Positions 42,653-56,152 are shown, numbered from the stretch's first letter. The stretch is DNA of 64,000 nt from Eledone cirrhosa (GCA_964016885.1 OZ024745.1:69440001-69504000), one strand, 5' to 3'. Numbers and translations are program-made. Notes: generated by a model from the letters alone, not told the origin.

Positions 42653-42975
42653 TATAAAGAAAAAGAGATGAAATCGAAAATGCAACTGGAGTCTTATTTT
42701 TTTTTTAAATATATATATTTATTTGGTTCCTTTACCGGTTTCGCAGTTCTTCTGCTTTTCAAAATGTGAGAAAAACCACAGACCCTCCATCTCAACTCAC
42801 ATTTTGAAAAGCAGAAGAACTGCGAAACCGGTACAGGAACCAAATAAATATATATAATTTAAAAAAAAATAAGACTCCAGTTGCATTTTCGATTTCATCT
42901 CTTTTTCTTTATACTTTCACTCGTGTAGGACATCTCGGTTATTTTTCATTTTGTAAAAAAAACCTCACTTTCTAA
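42653..42975 (+). mobile_element. Fold-back element carrying a U3-A8 hammerhead variant (copy 1)
   Basis: Inverted arms 42653-42770 and 42796-42913; near-identical to 59835-60046; TA-flanked. Confidence 0.75.
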
Positions 42976-42997
42976 TATATATATATGTGTGTGTGTA

Positions 42998-43043
<46 letters not shown>

Positions 43044-43046
43044 TGC

Positions 43047-43092
<46 letters not shown>

Positions 43093-43682
43093 ATATATAT
43101 TTACGATGGGGCTCAGCTCCAATTCCTTTTACTATATTAAAAGATATCGCCTGACTCGAGACTTGCTCAGAAGACACTAACCCAACTTACCATGCAGTAG
43201 GACTAAACTCGTGACCAGATGGTTATGAGCTGTACTTCTTAACCATAAAGCATCTCTTTATCTTAATTTATTTTATTTCATCAATGAATTATCAAGGTAT
43301 CGTCTTTCTACTTTTGATTAATGAGTAATATAATTAGAATTATATTCTTGTTCTTTACTTCAAATAGTAATTGTCATAAATATTTCATTTTCAAAACTTA
43401 AATTCGTTTAAATATTGTATAGTCACATTAGATTCATGAGAAGCCAGATTAATTATTTTATAGTCTATCACATCATGTCTATGTAGGCAAGAATTAGCAT
43501 TACACGCGTTTGCTGTATTTGCTCTTGATTGTTGTTAGATTAGGACAGCATTTTATTACATTATACTTAGCCCAATTATACAATAATATATAAGAAACGA
43601 TAGGAATGTTTATACTGTTCACGTTCGCTGATTGGATATTGATTTTCTCGATATTTTTATATTCTAAATATCCCTATACACT

Positions 43683-43723
<41 letters not shown>

Positions 43724-43764
43724 CTATCTCTCCCTCTCTCTCTCTCTCTTTCTCTCTCTTTCCC

Positions 43765-43796
<32 letters not shown>

Positions 43797-43837
43797 AAAA
43801 TACACGCAGAAAAAGGTATACAAAATCACATACAATC

Positions 43838-43871
43838 TTGTGATGAAAGAAGAACGTCCGAAACGTTAAAG
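43838..43871 (+). ncRNA. Degenerate minimal hammerhead remnant
   Basis: ctt GTGATGA ... GAAA cgt TA aag. C3 is mutated and helix II is decayed. Confidence 0.35.
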
Positions 43872-44639
43872 AAACGTCCTACTATATCAAGTGTCGAAAT
43901 AATATATATCATCTTTGTACAGAATCTTTCTTCTCCCATGTGGTTTATCCTTGTTGACGTGTCTCGCCCCTCTCTCTCACTATACACTCACACACACTTA
44001 CACACACGTACACACACACAAACACACACACACACGCGTACACACACACACACATACACACACACGCATATATATGTATATCACTCTCTCATAACCCACC
44101 GACATATATAGAAACTAATAATAGGTATATATATATATATATGCAGAGAGCAACACATATCAAAAGAATTGAGATGAATTTAACATTGATAAGTACATTT
44201 TCTGAAATTAAATTGACTGGTAAACAAAATTTCTACTATTTTATATGCATACAGAAAGATATATGCGTTTTAAAGATTATTTGTCTTTTCATATGCGGTT
44301 AAATCTCTCTCTCTCTCTCCCAAAACACACATACACAAAGAAACACATACACTCACACACACATATATATATACGTAAGTCTGTGTGTGCGTCGTGGAGC
44401 CGCATGTGTTGTGTGTGTGTGTGCTAATAATTTACCATCGCCATCGTCGCCTAAAAACAACTCAATTCGATATATCTGGAATGGCTCAAGCGACACACAC
44501 TGATGAATGGAAACAAATTCATTGAATCAGAATGGCAATTACTAATTCGAAGTTGAAGGGGCTTCGTATAGAATTCACATACAGATTGTAGAAAACTAAC
44601 AAAGAATCTAATAGAAATGCCCAGGTAAATTCAATAACC

Positions 44640-45310
44640 GTCAACGGTCGTTTCCACACATCATGAAAATGGGGACAATGTACAAACGACTCGTTGGCTG
44701 GATCTTGAGGACTTTCAAAACAAGAGACCGAGAAACCATGTTGGTACTATGGAGTACATTTTCTCCCAGCTGTGGACATACCATAGTGTCAAACAAACCA
44801 CGGAGCTTGAGCAATCCAACACAGTTACACCAAGAGGATTGCCACGATGAAGGAGAGGAGCTATTAGAAAAGTCTAAACGAACTAAAACTCTACTCCTTG
44901 GAACGAAGGCGTGAGAGGTATGCAGTGGTTTACATATGGAAAATCCTGGAAGTACTAGCACCAAACATTGACATTAAAAGTTGGACCAGCTCTCGATCAG
45001 GACTTCACTGCGTAGTGCCAAAGGTTCCGTCTTTAAATCCAGAATAAGGAGCAGATATTGCAATAGCTTGGGGTTCAAAGGACCCCAAATCTTTAATAAC
45101 CTGCCAAGAAATTTGCGCTATCGACATGGTGTGGATGTGAATGTTTACAAAAAACATCTTGACACGCTGCTATCCAAGATCCCAGATGAACCCACAGCAC
45201 GAAATGAAGGTAACCTAAGGGCAACAGCAAGGAACTCCCTCCTACATCAATGGCAAGCCAACGCAGGCTGAGTATAGAATGTGAAGCAACAAGGGCGGTA
45301 CCCCAGAAGT
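44640..45310 (+). mobile_element. CR1-like LINE 3' fragment
   Basis: GWILRTFKTRD, LYSLERRRERY, IWKILE, SLGFKGPQIFNNLP, LDTLLSKIPDEPT across frames. Confidence 0.85.
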
Positions 45311-45678
45311 TCAAAGCGGAAATGAGATCAGAACTTTAAAGTTCTGGATAACTTTAAAGTTCTGGAGCAGAAATTTAAAGTTCTGCTCCAGCGATCTCAT
45401 TTCCGCTTTTCCCTTCTCCTCTTCTATTCGCTCTCTATAACCCTCTTAGTTCTCATCTCATGCTTTAGAATTTTGTCTTAGCCCAATAGTTTACTATACG
45501 CGCTGAGAATCCTACAATTTATGAAGATCATATACACTCATCGCTTCTAACATGTTCAGTTAATGTTTACAGACACACACACACACATACAGTGGGATGG
45601 CGTAATCTTATGGCTAAAACAGCACGACGTGCTGTGACCAGCGGCGCGCATCGGCACCCGAGAGACTGGTCGGTCAAA

Positions 45679-45709
<31 letters not shown>

Positions 45710-45712
<3 letters not shown>

Positions 45713-46185
45713 GTTATTAGGAGTATTCCAAAGCTTGGTGGAACAAGTTGTGAGGAAAGTTCTCAACATACGTTAAGGTGACTCGACAGGTTGGTAGGGA
45801 TTCTGTAGTGGAAACACGAATAAACGAGGAGTGTAATCAAAGAAGAGAAATAGGACGAAGGTAAACAATTATAAAAGAATTTAATCCACGTATTTACAAT
45901 TGTTTCATCAGAATTTCAGTCCATTATTGCTACACTATGTTATAATAGGCAATCAAGAAAGATACTGTGGCATCCGAATTTTCAAAATACAAAGTTGGAA
46001 TGACATTTGGAATGACATTCCAACTTTGTATTTTGAAAATAATTCGGATGCCACAGTATCTTTCTTGATTGCCTATTATAACATAGTGTAGCAATAATGG
46101 ACTGACATTCTGATGAAACAATTGTAAATACGTGGATTAAATTCTTTTGTAATTGTTTACCTTCGTCCTATTTCTCTTCTTTGAT
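45710..46185 (-). mobile_element. Penelope-type terminal fragment forming a ~170-bp-arm hairpin, in (TA)n
   Basis: Inverted arms 45836-46002 and 46016-46185, each containing a hammerhead variant; unique tail 45710-45835. Confidence 0.7.
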
Positions 46186-46199
46186 ATATATATATATAA

Positions 46200-46665
46200 T
46201 AAATACAATATGGGAGAAAGCTTTTTAGCGATACTCCAGCCAAATTACAACTCACTCAACAAACATTAGGAAATAAGTGACTATATTCCTAATTAAGCGT
46301 TCGGGGTGCTAACTAAAAGTAGTGCGTGGAAAATTGGCTGTATTATTTCATATGAGACATATCGAATATATCTCTTCGGAGACGGACGTCTCGTTTAATT
46401 ATAGGCTTCCTACAATTTGGGTGAAATTATACCAATTTATGTAGGAGATTGTATACCATCAATAGATATATATTCAAGTGGGCTCCTATAATTCATCAGT
46501 GAGTGCCCCAATAATACTAATATTGATAATCTAACCAACATCAGTATTTAGCGATAATCAATCATCATCAGTGCCTGAGGTATCTGTCAGGTTGCTAGTG
46601 CAGCAGTTCTAAAGAAATGCTCAAATTGATTCAAAAATGAGGAAGTAAATTACCGCAAAAAAAAA

Positions 46666-46670
<5 letters not shown>
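46200..46670 (-). mobile_element. Diverged homolog of the 40879-42032 element, with a degenerate extended hammerhead (46381-46503)
   Basis: Shares ctcactcaacaaacattagg, ggggtgctaac and cactgatga blocks in the same order, and has a similar TA-adjacent end point. Confidence 0.7.
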
Positions 46671-46751
<81 letters not shown>

Positions 46752-46781
46752 TATATATAGATATATATATATAGATATATA

Positions 46782-47488
46782 TAGGAACGAGTAGGACCCC
46801 GACGGTTGAGCTCAAGCCGTTCCGATGGCTAATTCTGGACTAAATGAACATTTTTAGCCTGGTAAATGAATAGCCGAACTACTTCTCAGGGGGTATTCCA
46901 TATATGGTAAAAGTGATTGTCCCACCTATTAAACTTTTCTATAGCTTAGCAGTACCAGTGAGAGATTGGATGATTGTGGAAGGGGAATAGTAACCAGAAA
47001 TTGTGTTTTTTTATATTTTTTATATTTTTTATATTTTTCTACATATTTACTCCATATAGATTTATTTATTGTTTCGACCCCCCCCCTTCTCTAGTATACT
47101 TTTTTCAACCTCCTATCCTTAGAATCTACTGTAGTTGTCACGTTCAACGCTCGACTGGGTTTCCTCCACTCTCTCTCCCTCTTTCTTCTACTAGCAAGTT
47201 CAGCTACCCCTACCTTCCACAAAATGCCATGATAAAATCATGTGTCTCAACAACAAACTTTTGACCAATCGTTGTGACAATCATTTTAACATATATGGAA
47301 TTACCCCCTGAGAAGTTCGGCTATTCATTTACCAGGCTAACAATTTTTATTTAGTCCAGAATTAGCCGTCGAAACGGCTTGAGCTCAGCCGTCGGGGTCC
47401 TACTCATTCCTATTACCCACTCTACTACCCTAGTATTGAGTACTTTGGTGCGTTATGGTCCATTTGGTTCCTTACCACATTTCCTTCG

Positions 47489-47491
<3 letters not shown>
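46782..47491 (+). mobile_element. Non-coding element with diverged inverted repeats and a hammerhead (47303-47398), in (TA)n
   Basis: IRs ~46782-46925 and ~47270-47413. The tail 47415-47491 recurs inverted at 42258-42335. Confidence 0.65.
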
Positions 47492-47558
<67 letters not shown>

Positions 47559-48340
47559 GTATATATGTATGTATGTATGTATATATGTATGTATGTATGT
47601 ATATATATATGTATGTATGTATATATATATGTATATATGTATATATATATATATATGTATATATGTGTATGTATATGTATATATATGTGTGTATGTATAT
47701 GTATGTATGTATGTATATATATATGTATATATGTGTATGTATATGTATGTATGTATGTATATATATGTATATATGTGTATATATATGTATGTATGTATAT
47801 ATGTATGTGTGTATGTATATGTATGTATATATATATGTATATATATATGTATATATGTGTATATATATATATGTATGTATAATATATAAGATCAAACTGT
47901 AGAGTGCTTCTTATCCGATATCTGCATTGCTTTATTGTACTACAATAAAACTCACCTCCTACATATATGTATGTATATATATATATATGTATATATATGT
48001 ATGTGTATATATATATGTATATATATGTATGTATATATATATATGTATATATATATATGTATATATGTGTATGTATATATATGTATGTATATATGTGTAT
48101 GTATATGTATGTATGTATATATATATGCATATGTATGTATGTATATATATATGTATATGTGTATGTATATATATGTATGTATATATATATATGTATATAT
48201 GTGTATGTATATATTGGGTATGTATATATATATGTATATATGTGTATGCATATATATGTATGTATATATATATATATATATATGTATATATGTGTATGTA
48301 TATATGTGTATGTATATATGTGTATGTATATATATGTATG

Positions 48341-48372
<32 letters not shown>

Positions 48373-48590
48373 TATATATATGTATATATGTGTATGTATA
48401 TATATGTATGCATATATATGTATGTATATATGTGTATGTATATATATGTATGTATATATGTGTATGTATATATATGTATGTATATATATGCATGTATATA
48501 TGTGTATGTATATATATGTATGTATATGTGTGTAATATATATATATGTATGTATATATGTGTATGTATATATATGTATGTATATATGTGT
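47491..48590. repeat. Complex (TA)/(TATG)/(TATGTG) microsatellite with an ~80-bp unique island
   Basis: Directly visible. Confidence 0.95.
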
Positions 48591-48591
48591 G

Positions 48592-50292
48592 TAAATTTAT
48601 GTTTAGAGTTAGAAGATGCCATTTAAGAGGAAATTAGAAAAATAAGGTTTAGGCCTATGATGTCTGACGGAGTCTGAAATTCCCCCATGTCCCCGTAAGA
48701 CCTCATAGATTCTTCAAAGAATCACCACATTCTACTATATCTTGTATTTTATTGACTGAATTCCCTATCCTATATTTCAGGCCTTTTGGGATTCACATTG
48801 AAAATTAAGACTCCAACATACACTAGATGTCACCTGATACCATTCCAACTCTTCCATCCTCTATATCTATATGTATAACCTTGTATTCTCCAACCGTGCC
48901 ATATATTGTCCATTTACTGCACCTTGATCTGTATTTTATTTCTTCTGTATTGTGATTTCTTCGATATGTTTTTATATACTTCCTTTTTGCGCCCTACATC
49001 ACCACACTAGGTATGACTGCATTTTATTAATGTATTTATGATTTATCTATTTTACTTACGGTTTTATTTATGCATTTATTTATTCGCTTCACTATTATTA
49101 TATACTTATCCATGTACTCATTAGCTCACGACCCTAGAATATTACTCTCTGTACCTTTATATCTATTTATCATGATTCACCCCCCCCCCTCCTACCTACC
49201 TAGGAATCACACTACATATAACCCGGACTAACTGGGGACTAAATATAGTCTATTTGCACATTTCATCAGATTTTGCCACTTTCAACTTCACATCATGGGT
49301 GTGAATAACTAATAATCGTTTGGTACACGCGATGATCCGACGGATGTGGCGGCTTTCCCGACTGCACGCCAGGGGCTCGGGTCGATCAGCCTTCCTTGAG
49401 TGCTTGAAAAAAACATATTTCGGTAAACGAAAATACTCGGAACGGCTGCTTCGCCCTGAGGCCCTGTCGGACTTGGAACCCGCCACGGCACCGGTTATTG
49501 ACCGCTAAGCATGAGCTTAATCTTTGCTATATATTCTACCCTGAAACTTTATCGTGACTATCTATAATACACTTAAACATTTTCAAAGCCTCTTACTGTA
49601 AATTCTTTAACTAAATCTCACAACCTCAAGCCTAAACCTTTTTTCTAATTTCATCTTAAATGGCATCTTCTAACTCTAAACATAAATTTAACGTTTCTAA
49701 TTGTTAATCGTAATTTCTGTCCATACATTATACCATGTACACGCCCACTATATATTACTATATAGAGATTTGTTGAAGATATATGTTCTTTGATATTTTT
49801 CGCGGCACTTTCTAGCACGCATGACCAGCTTGATTGTGACCTGACCTCAACACTGGCCTCTGTCTTTGACGGGTGGTAGAAGTACACTATAAGTCTACGC
49901 CCCTTCACCAGATGGACATAAGAAGGCTTAATAATCACCCTTGAGTGCGGCCGACCGGGGTAGAAGCTGCTAAATATTCGGCCACCCTCATGTCTCTGAT
50001 TTTCAGCTCCATGGATTTTGTCTATTATATTCCTTTGTTATATTTTGAATACCTGATGATGTCACCGGATTCATACTGAACCCGGTCATTGAAATTGTCA
50101 TAGTATAATAAACCTTTTAAAGAATTACTCCAGTCTAGCCTCCTGTTATTTTACAATAATTAACTCCGTACTCGCACCACCAACTACTCAAACGAAGACG
50201 GGTGAGTTGCATTACGTCGAGAGCTCTCTATAATATTACATATAATCATACGCAATGACCAGTTCTATCCAGTGGTGAACCAACCAACCTAA
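48592..50292 (+). mobile_element. Penelope-type 3' region (long non-coding) with a 5' inverted segment and a hammerhead
   Basis: IR 48592-48654 / 49630-49690; hammerhead 50049-50106 followed by AATAAA; possible ORF end LTESEIPPCPRK near 48665-48700; TA-flanked. Confidence 0.6.
50049..50106 (+). ncRNA. Type I hammerhead ribozyme motif
   Basis: atac CTGATGA tgtcaccgg...ccggtcatt GAAA ttgtca TA gtat aataaa. Confidence 0.7.
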
Positions 50293-50517
50293 ATATATAT
50301 ATATATATGAAGAGTATATACATATTCATTAATTCTTGCTATTTCAAGAGTTAAACTAAGTTTAATGAAGTTAAGGTGCAAAACACTCGCTTGAGGTATG
50401 TTTCTTAAGTGAAGACCTTCTGCTGTGCACCTCTCCTGGGAGTTTCTTGCCACTTTCTTCTATGACTGTATAATTTGCTTTGATATTTCTGTATACCTTT
50501 TACACCCTCACACGTAA

Positions 50518-50629
<112 letters not shown>

Positions 50630-52392
50630 TTGTGTATAGTACAATAAAAAAAGATAGAAATCAGACGTAGGTAGTCAAATAGTTCGATGTATTGAAGAAT
50701 GGTTGTGGATAGGCAACCATCTATTTCTAGTCTTGAAATTCATTCTTAATCGACCCTCTTCTCAAGAAAAAAAAATATGTGGAGTGTCTTTCGTCCTCTT
50801 TTAAAGTTAATTTCTGCCATATGCCAGAGATTCGTCAAGCTGGTGATGATCATTGCTTTATTTGCTTTAAACGACTGGAAGTAAAAACACTGCCACTGGT
50901 CTGGAGGCAAGTCTTATCTTCCTTCAGTTGCTGTTTATGTTTTTAAAACGAAATAGGATGAAGAGTGTTGCCCAAATAGAAAATATGCTGTCCGCATCAC
51001 TAATTGAACACACGACCTTTCAGTCGTGAGATCTTCACCCTAACCCCTATGTTACACGCCTCTGCGGCATACGTTTAGGGTAATTTGATCGACGTTAATA
51101 GATTTTAAACAAAAATGTGTGTTATGATCCCTGCAAAAAAAATTAAGAGAGACACGCGCCTTTATGGCTATGTGCTTGTATCATATTACAAGTGCTTTTA
51201 TTTTGTTTTCAATCTAACTTTCAAATGATAACTCATTAAGAATACTTTATTAATAAGATGATTGCAATTATGTTTGCATTGGTAAATCGAATTTCGAATT
51301 AATGTATGATGAATGCATAGAACTATTTTCCATGTCGTCTCAACAGCGCATCCTGAGTTTAATAGTGTATTGTTGATGTTTTTTATGCTTTAGTCAATAG
51401 TTTCTGCTGATATTGACGTCCTCGGCAACAGAAATACGTAAACATCTGACGACTGTGTGCAGATTTTGATTTTAATTTTGACGGGTTTCAATGGTACATA
51501 TTTTATTTATCTCTGTAAGTGTATGCGTAATTTGGCGAGGTGAGTTTGTTCACAAAACTATTTGTTTCATTCCCGGTATCTGTGCGAAATATCGTTTTAC
51601 TTTAAAGTACTTCCAATTTGCCAATGACACCTACAAAATATTAGGTTTTTGCTGTTGTTTATTTTGTTCTGAGAACAAGAGTTCTATAGTTCGATTACGC
51701 TGCTCGTGGAGATGTGCCTTTCATAAGAGCCGATCCAAGTTTGCTGAAGAAGATTGCATAAACGAAACTCTGCCTATGCCCGTCGGATTGATGATATATT
51801 TAATTTAAAGATCCAAACTTGTAACATAATGTTGTGCTGATTAGGCTTATGTGTATATGTTTCTAAAAATTACTCGACTAATTACTCGGTAATTTATAAT
51901 TTGGACGTTCAAATGTTCGAAAAAAATGAATTTTCATCGACGACAGCGAGGGAGAGTCCGACGTCAATAATAGATGCCAATAGTTATATTTGAAGATTTA
52001 TTGCTACTTCAGGAAATTTACTTAGAAGAATTACCCTATTTGGAAGTATTCTGATTAGATGATTATCGATATGTTGAAGAGCCATTATAGTTTATATAAT
52101 TTATTCACAATTAGTAATTTATTGAATAACAAACAATTATGCGCAACACGCAATTTATTTTATTTTCTCAAGTAAACATGTTGCGGGTCATTTATATGGG
52201 CATAGGTTGAATAAGTTGGCCATCCGGTCCAACGAAACGTAGGTTCTTGGTATGGCGTCGTTCGTAGTAACTGGCCTTAGTAATTATATTGAAACACGTA
52301 TCTTTAGTAAACTATTACCACTCCCATTCTCTTTCTTTCTTACCCACCACTCTCAATCTCTCTCTCACCATCTCCATCTCTCTCTCTCTATC

Positions 52393-52424
<32 letters not shown>

Positions 52425-52428
<4 letters not shown>

Positions 52429-52612
52429 ATAATTGTTTCTACTTTTGGCACAAGGCCAGCAATTACCCAGTGCATTACTGGTACTTTATTTTATCGACTC
52501 CGTAAGGATGAAAGGCAAAGTTAGCCTCGGCGGGATTTGAACTCAGAATGGAAAGGGCTGTAACTCTATGCGTCAAAGCATGGCGTCCGGCCCTCTACTG
52601 ATACTGCCAATA
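52425..52612 (-). mobile_element. tRNA-derived SINE
   Basis: Reverse complement of the 3873 family. Confidence 0.85.
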
Positions 52613-52992
52613 ATAATAATAATAATTTAGTTTCAGAATATCCCGTTAAGGGGGAAAGCAGCGATTATTTGCTTAAACTATTATCTGTTATTTTAATATA
52701 TATATGTGTGTGTGTGTGTATATATATATGTGTGCGTGTGTGTGTATATATATATATATGTGTGTGTATATGTGTGTGTGTATATATATATATATGTGTG
52801 TGTATGTATATATATATGGGTGTGTGTGTATATATATATATGGGTGTGTGTGTATATATATATATGTGTGTGTGCGTATGTATATATATATGTGTGTGTG
52901 TGTGTGTATATATATATATGTGGGTGGGTGTATATATATATATGTGTGTGTGTATATATATATATATGAGTGTCTGTGTGTGCATATATATA

Positions 52993-53044
52993 TAACTCCG
53001 CCTTAGCCGGTCCCAAGCCCGGTTGAGAAAGCATGAGGGTTGGG
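52993..53044 (+). ncRNA. Twister ribozyme (type P1) at the RTE 5' end
   Basis: T^AA CTCC GC CTTA GCCGG TCCC AA GC CCGG ... GCAT GAGGG. P4 CCGG/CCGG, T1 CCC/GGG and T2 GC/GC match the twister consensus; P2 is partly decayed and the P1 5' strand is absent. Confidence 0.85.
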
Positions 53045-56000
53045 GCGTGGGGTTAGCAGCCCTACCCCCGTAAAACACTTTTCACGGCCACAAGAACGAC
53101 GAGAAAAAACCATTTTGATATCCAGCGGCGGAAAAGAGAAGACACGTCATCCCTGGATGCACCTATGATGGGGCCGGGTCAAATCCGATAGGGGGCCCGA
53201 CCGCGGATAAGTCATATCTTCAACGCGAAATTAAACACAAGAATAGGCACCTGGAATGTCCGCACGTTCTTTCGGGACGGGCGGATGGAGCAGGTGCTGA
53301 AGGTGATGAGATAATATCAACTTGACATCATGGGCATCAGCGAGACGAGGTGGACAGGACGGAGACGACTCGACGGCGGAGACAGCACTATTCTCTACTC
53401 CGGTGATGATGACCACCATGTCCACGGAGTTGGATCATCCTCACCGGAGATGTATCACGGGCTCTTGTGGGATGGAGGCCAGTGAGTGAACGAATTATTA
53501 CTGCCAGATTGAGCACAAGGTTAGCCAAGGTGACCGTAGTGCAAGTCTACGCCCCGACTGAAGCTGCCTCAGATGAAGATAAGGATACCTTCTTTATCCA
53601 ACTGCAGGATGTCCTAGAGGAAACACCCAGGTCAGACATTAGGTTGGTGATTGGTGACTTCAATGCCAAGCTAGATGGAGACAGGAGAGAAATGCATTCA
53701 GCCATTGGCCCCCACGGTTCAGCTAATTCCACACATAACAACGGGGAACGGTTGCTGTCCCTGAGCAGTATCATCAACCTCTCCATCGGGAATACATTCT
53801 TCGCCCATAGGCGGATTGACAAGATGACATGGACTTCCCCTGATGGCAACACCAGGAATGAGATTGATTATATCTGCATTGGCACGAGGTGGCGTTCCTC
53901 TCTCTTGGATGTTCGCACCTACCGAGGGGCAGACGTCGGATGACCATCATCTTGTGGTTGGAAAAATCCGCCTGTGTTTGAAGAAGAACAAAGCAAATAA
54001 GACTGTGAGGCCATATGCTGTCGCAAGCCTGGAAGACCAATCCACGTCAGAGGGTTTCTACCTGGAGATCAGGAATATGTTCCAAGAACTACAGCACGCA
54101 CAGAACCGTGAAGACCAGTGGCAGATGTTTTCTCAGGCGGTCAGGGCGAGCGCTGATGTAGTTATTGGTAGAAGAAGGGGGCCCAACCGGGTACAGTGGA
54201 TCAGCAGTACTTCATGGAATCTCATTGACGAGAGGAAGGATGTTAAGAACAAAAGAGACAAACCAAAACTCGTCAGCAATGGAAGGAAGTGGACAAAGCG
54301 TACAGACGTCTTGACAAGGAAGTAAAGAAGAGCTGTCCAAAAGACAAGCGCCAGTGGTTAAAAGATCGGGCCGCAGAGGCACAGGTGGCAGCAGATCGAA
54401 ATGATTCCAAGACGCTGTACCGGATCGTCAGAGAGCTAACTGAAGGACGAAGTGGAAGCAGTTTATCAATCAAGAGCAAAGATGGTCGGGTGCTTGCAGC
54501 CAGTGAAGAGCAGGCCCAGAGATGGAACGAACACTTTCGTGAGGTCCTCAATCAGCCGTCCCCCAACACAGTCTTCGAGCTTGACTGGGAGGAAGCGAGC
54601 TACCGGTTGGATGTACGACTAGACGACATCACAAGAGCTGAGGTGGCCAAGGCCATCCGCTGCCAAAAGAATAACAAAGCGCCAGGGCTGGATGAGATTC
54701 CTGCAGAGCTTCTGAAGCACGGCTAGGATGTAATAGAGGAGCAGCTCGCCCATTTATGCAATGTGATTTGGCAAGAAGAGGAGGTGCCGGAGGACTGGGG
54801 AAATGAAGTGATTGTACCACTACCTAAGAAGGGCTGTCTCAGCGACTGCAACGACTGGAGAGGGATCACGTTGCTATCAGTGCTAGGGAAGGTATTCTGC
54901 ACAGTCATCCTAAACCGGCTGAGAGCAGAAGTAGATCGTCATGTTCGAGACGAACAGGCTGGCTTCCGCAGTGCAAGGTCTTGTTCAGAGCAGATCTTCA
55001 CTCTCCGAAATATCATTGAACAATGTTGGGAGTTCCACAAGTCCCTTGTTGTCAACTACATTGACTTCAGGAAAGCTTTCGACAGTGTTCATCGGGAGTC
55101 ATTGTGGAAGATTGTAAGACTCTCCGGTGTCCCAGAGAAATATATTAACATCTTCAGGTCGCTGTACCGACATTCCAGGTGCTGCGTTAGGACAAAGGAC
55201 GAAAACACGGAAATGTTTGACATATTAACGGGTGTTCGACAAGGCTGCATCCTTTCGCCTTTCCTTTTCCTCATTGTTATCGATTTCCTCATGAAGAAGA
55301 CAATGAGTGACCCTTGTTTTGGCATTAGTTGAGATGGAAGGAGATTAAGCGACATGGAATTTGCCGATGACATAACAATGATAGGCCATTCTCGAGAAGA
55401 CCTGCAAGAGATGACAAACGTTCTAAATGACAATGCAGAGAAAGTTGGCCTGCGCATCAGTTGTGAAAAAACCAAGACCATGTCGACAGATGACCCTCCA
55501 AATCCTCCCATCATGGTTGGTCAGCGTAACATTATATGTGTAAACCACTTCCAATACCTTGGCAGCAACATCTCTGACGATGGCGATGCTGACGTGGATG
55601 TGCGCACCAGGCTGGGAAAAGCAGCGGCCGTCTTCCAGCGACTCCGTCCGGTATGTTCGAGGTGTTCCATCCGCAACGCCGTCAAATTCCGTGTTTACAT
55701 GTCCATTGTAGTACCAACAGCGATATATGCCAGTGAGACATGGAAGAGTACGGAAAGTGTATGTAACAAGCTTGATGTATTCCACCGTCGTTGCATTCGG
55801 ACCATATTGAACATTTCATGGAGGGACCAAGTTAACAACGAGGAAGTGATGAGTAGGTCAGGATTGGAGAGGTTAAGGGACATTGTCCGGAAAGGAGACG
55901 GCGGTTCGCGGGCCACATCCTTCGTTTGCCGGCAGATCGACCTGCTCATATTGCCATGGATTGGGTACCAGAAGGTGGCAGGAGAGAATGGGGAAGCCCA

Positions 56001-56152
56001 CGAAAAACATGGCGGAGAACATTCAGGGAGGACCTGCGGGAGATGGGAATTACCTGTAGGGTGCTAGAAGGGCCTCCAGTGACAGGATCAAGTGGAGGAA
56101 GCTCGTCGCCCAATGTTCCACAAGGGCCTGGAGGAACTAAGACTAAGACTAA
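52994..56152 (+). mobile_element. Near full-length RTE-clade LINE (APE + RT single ORF), decayed by stops and frameshifts
   Basis: APE motifs IGTWNVRT, QVYAPT, GDFNAK, NEIDYI, DHHLV. RT motifs KAPGLD, WRGITLLS, QAGFR, IDFRKAFDSV, GVRQGCILSP, FADD, FQYLGS. (ACTAAG)n tail 56136-56152. Both ends abut (TA)n. Confidence 0.95.
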
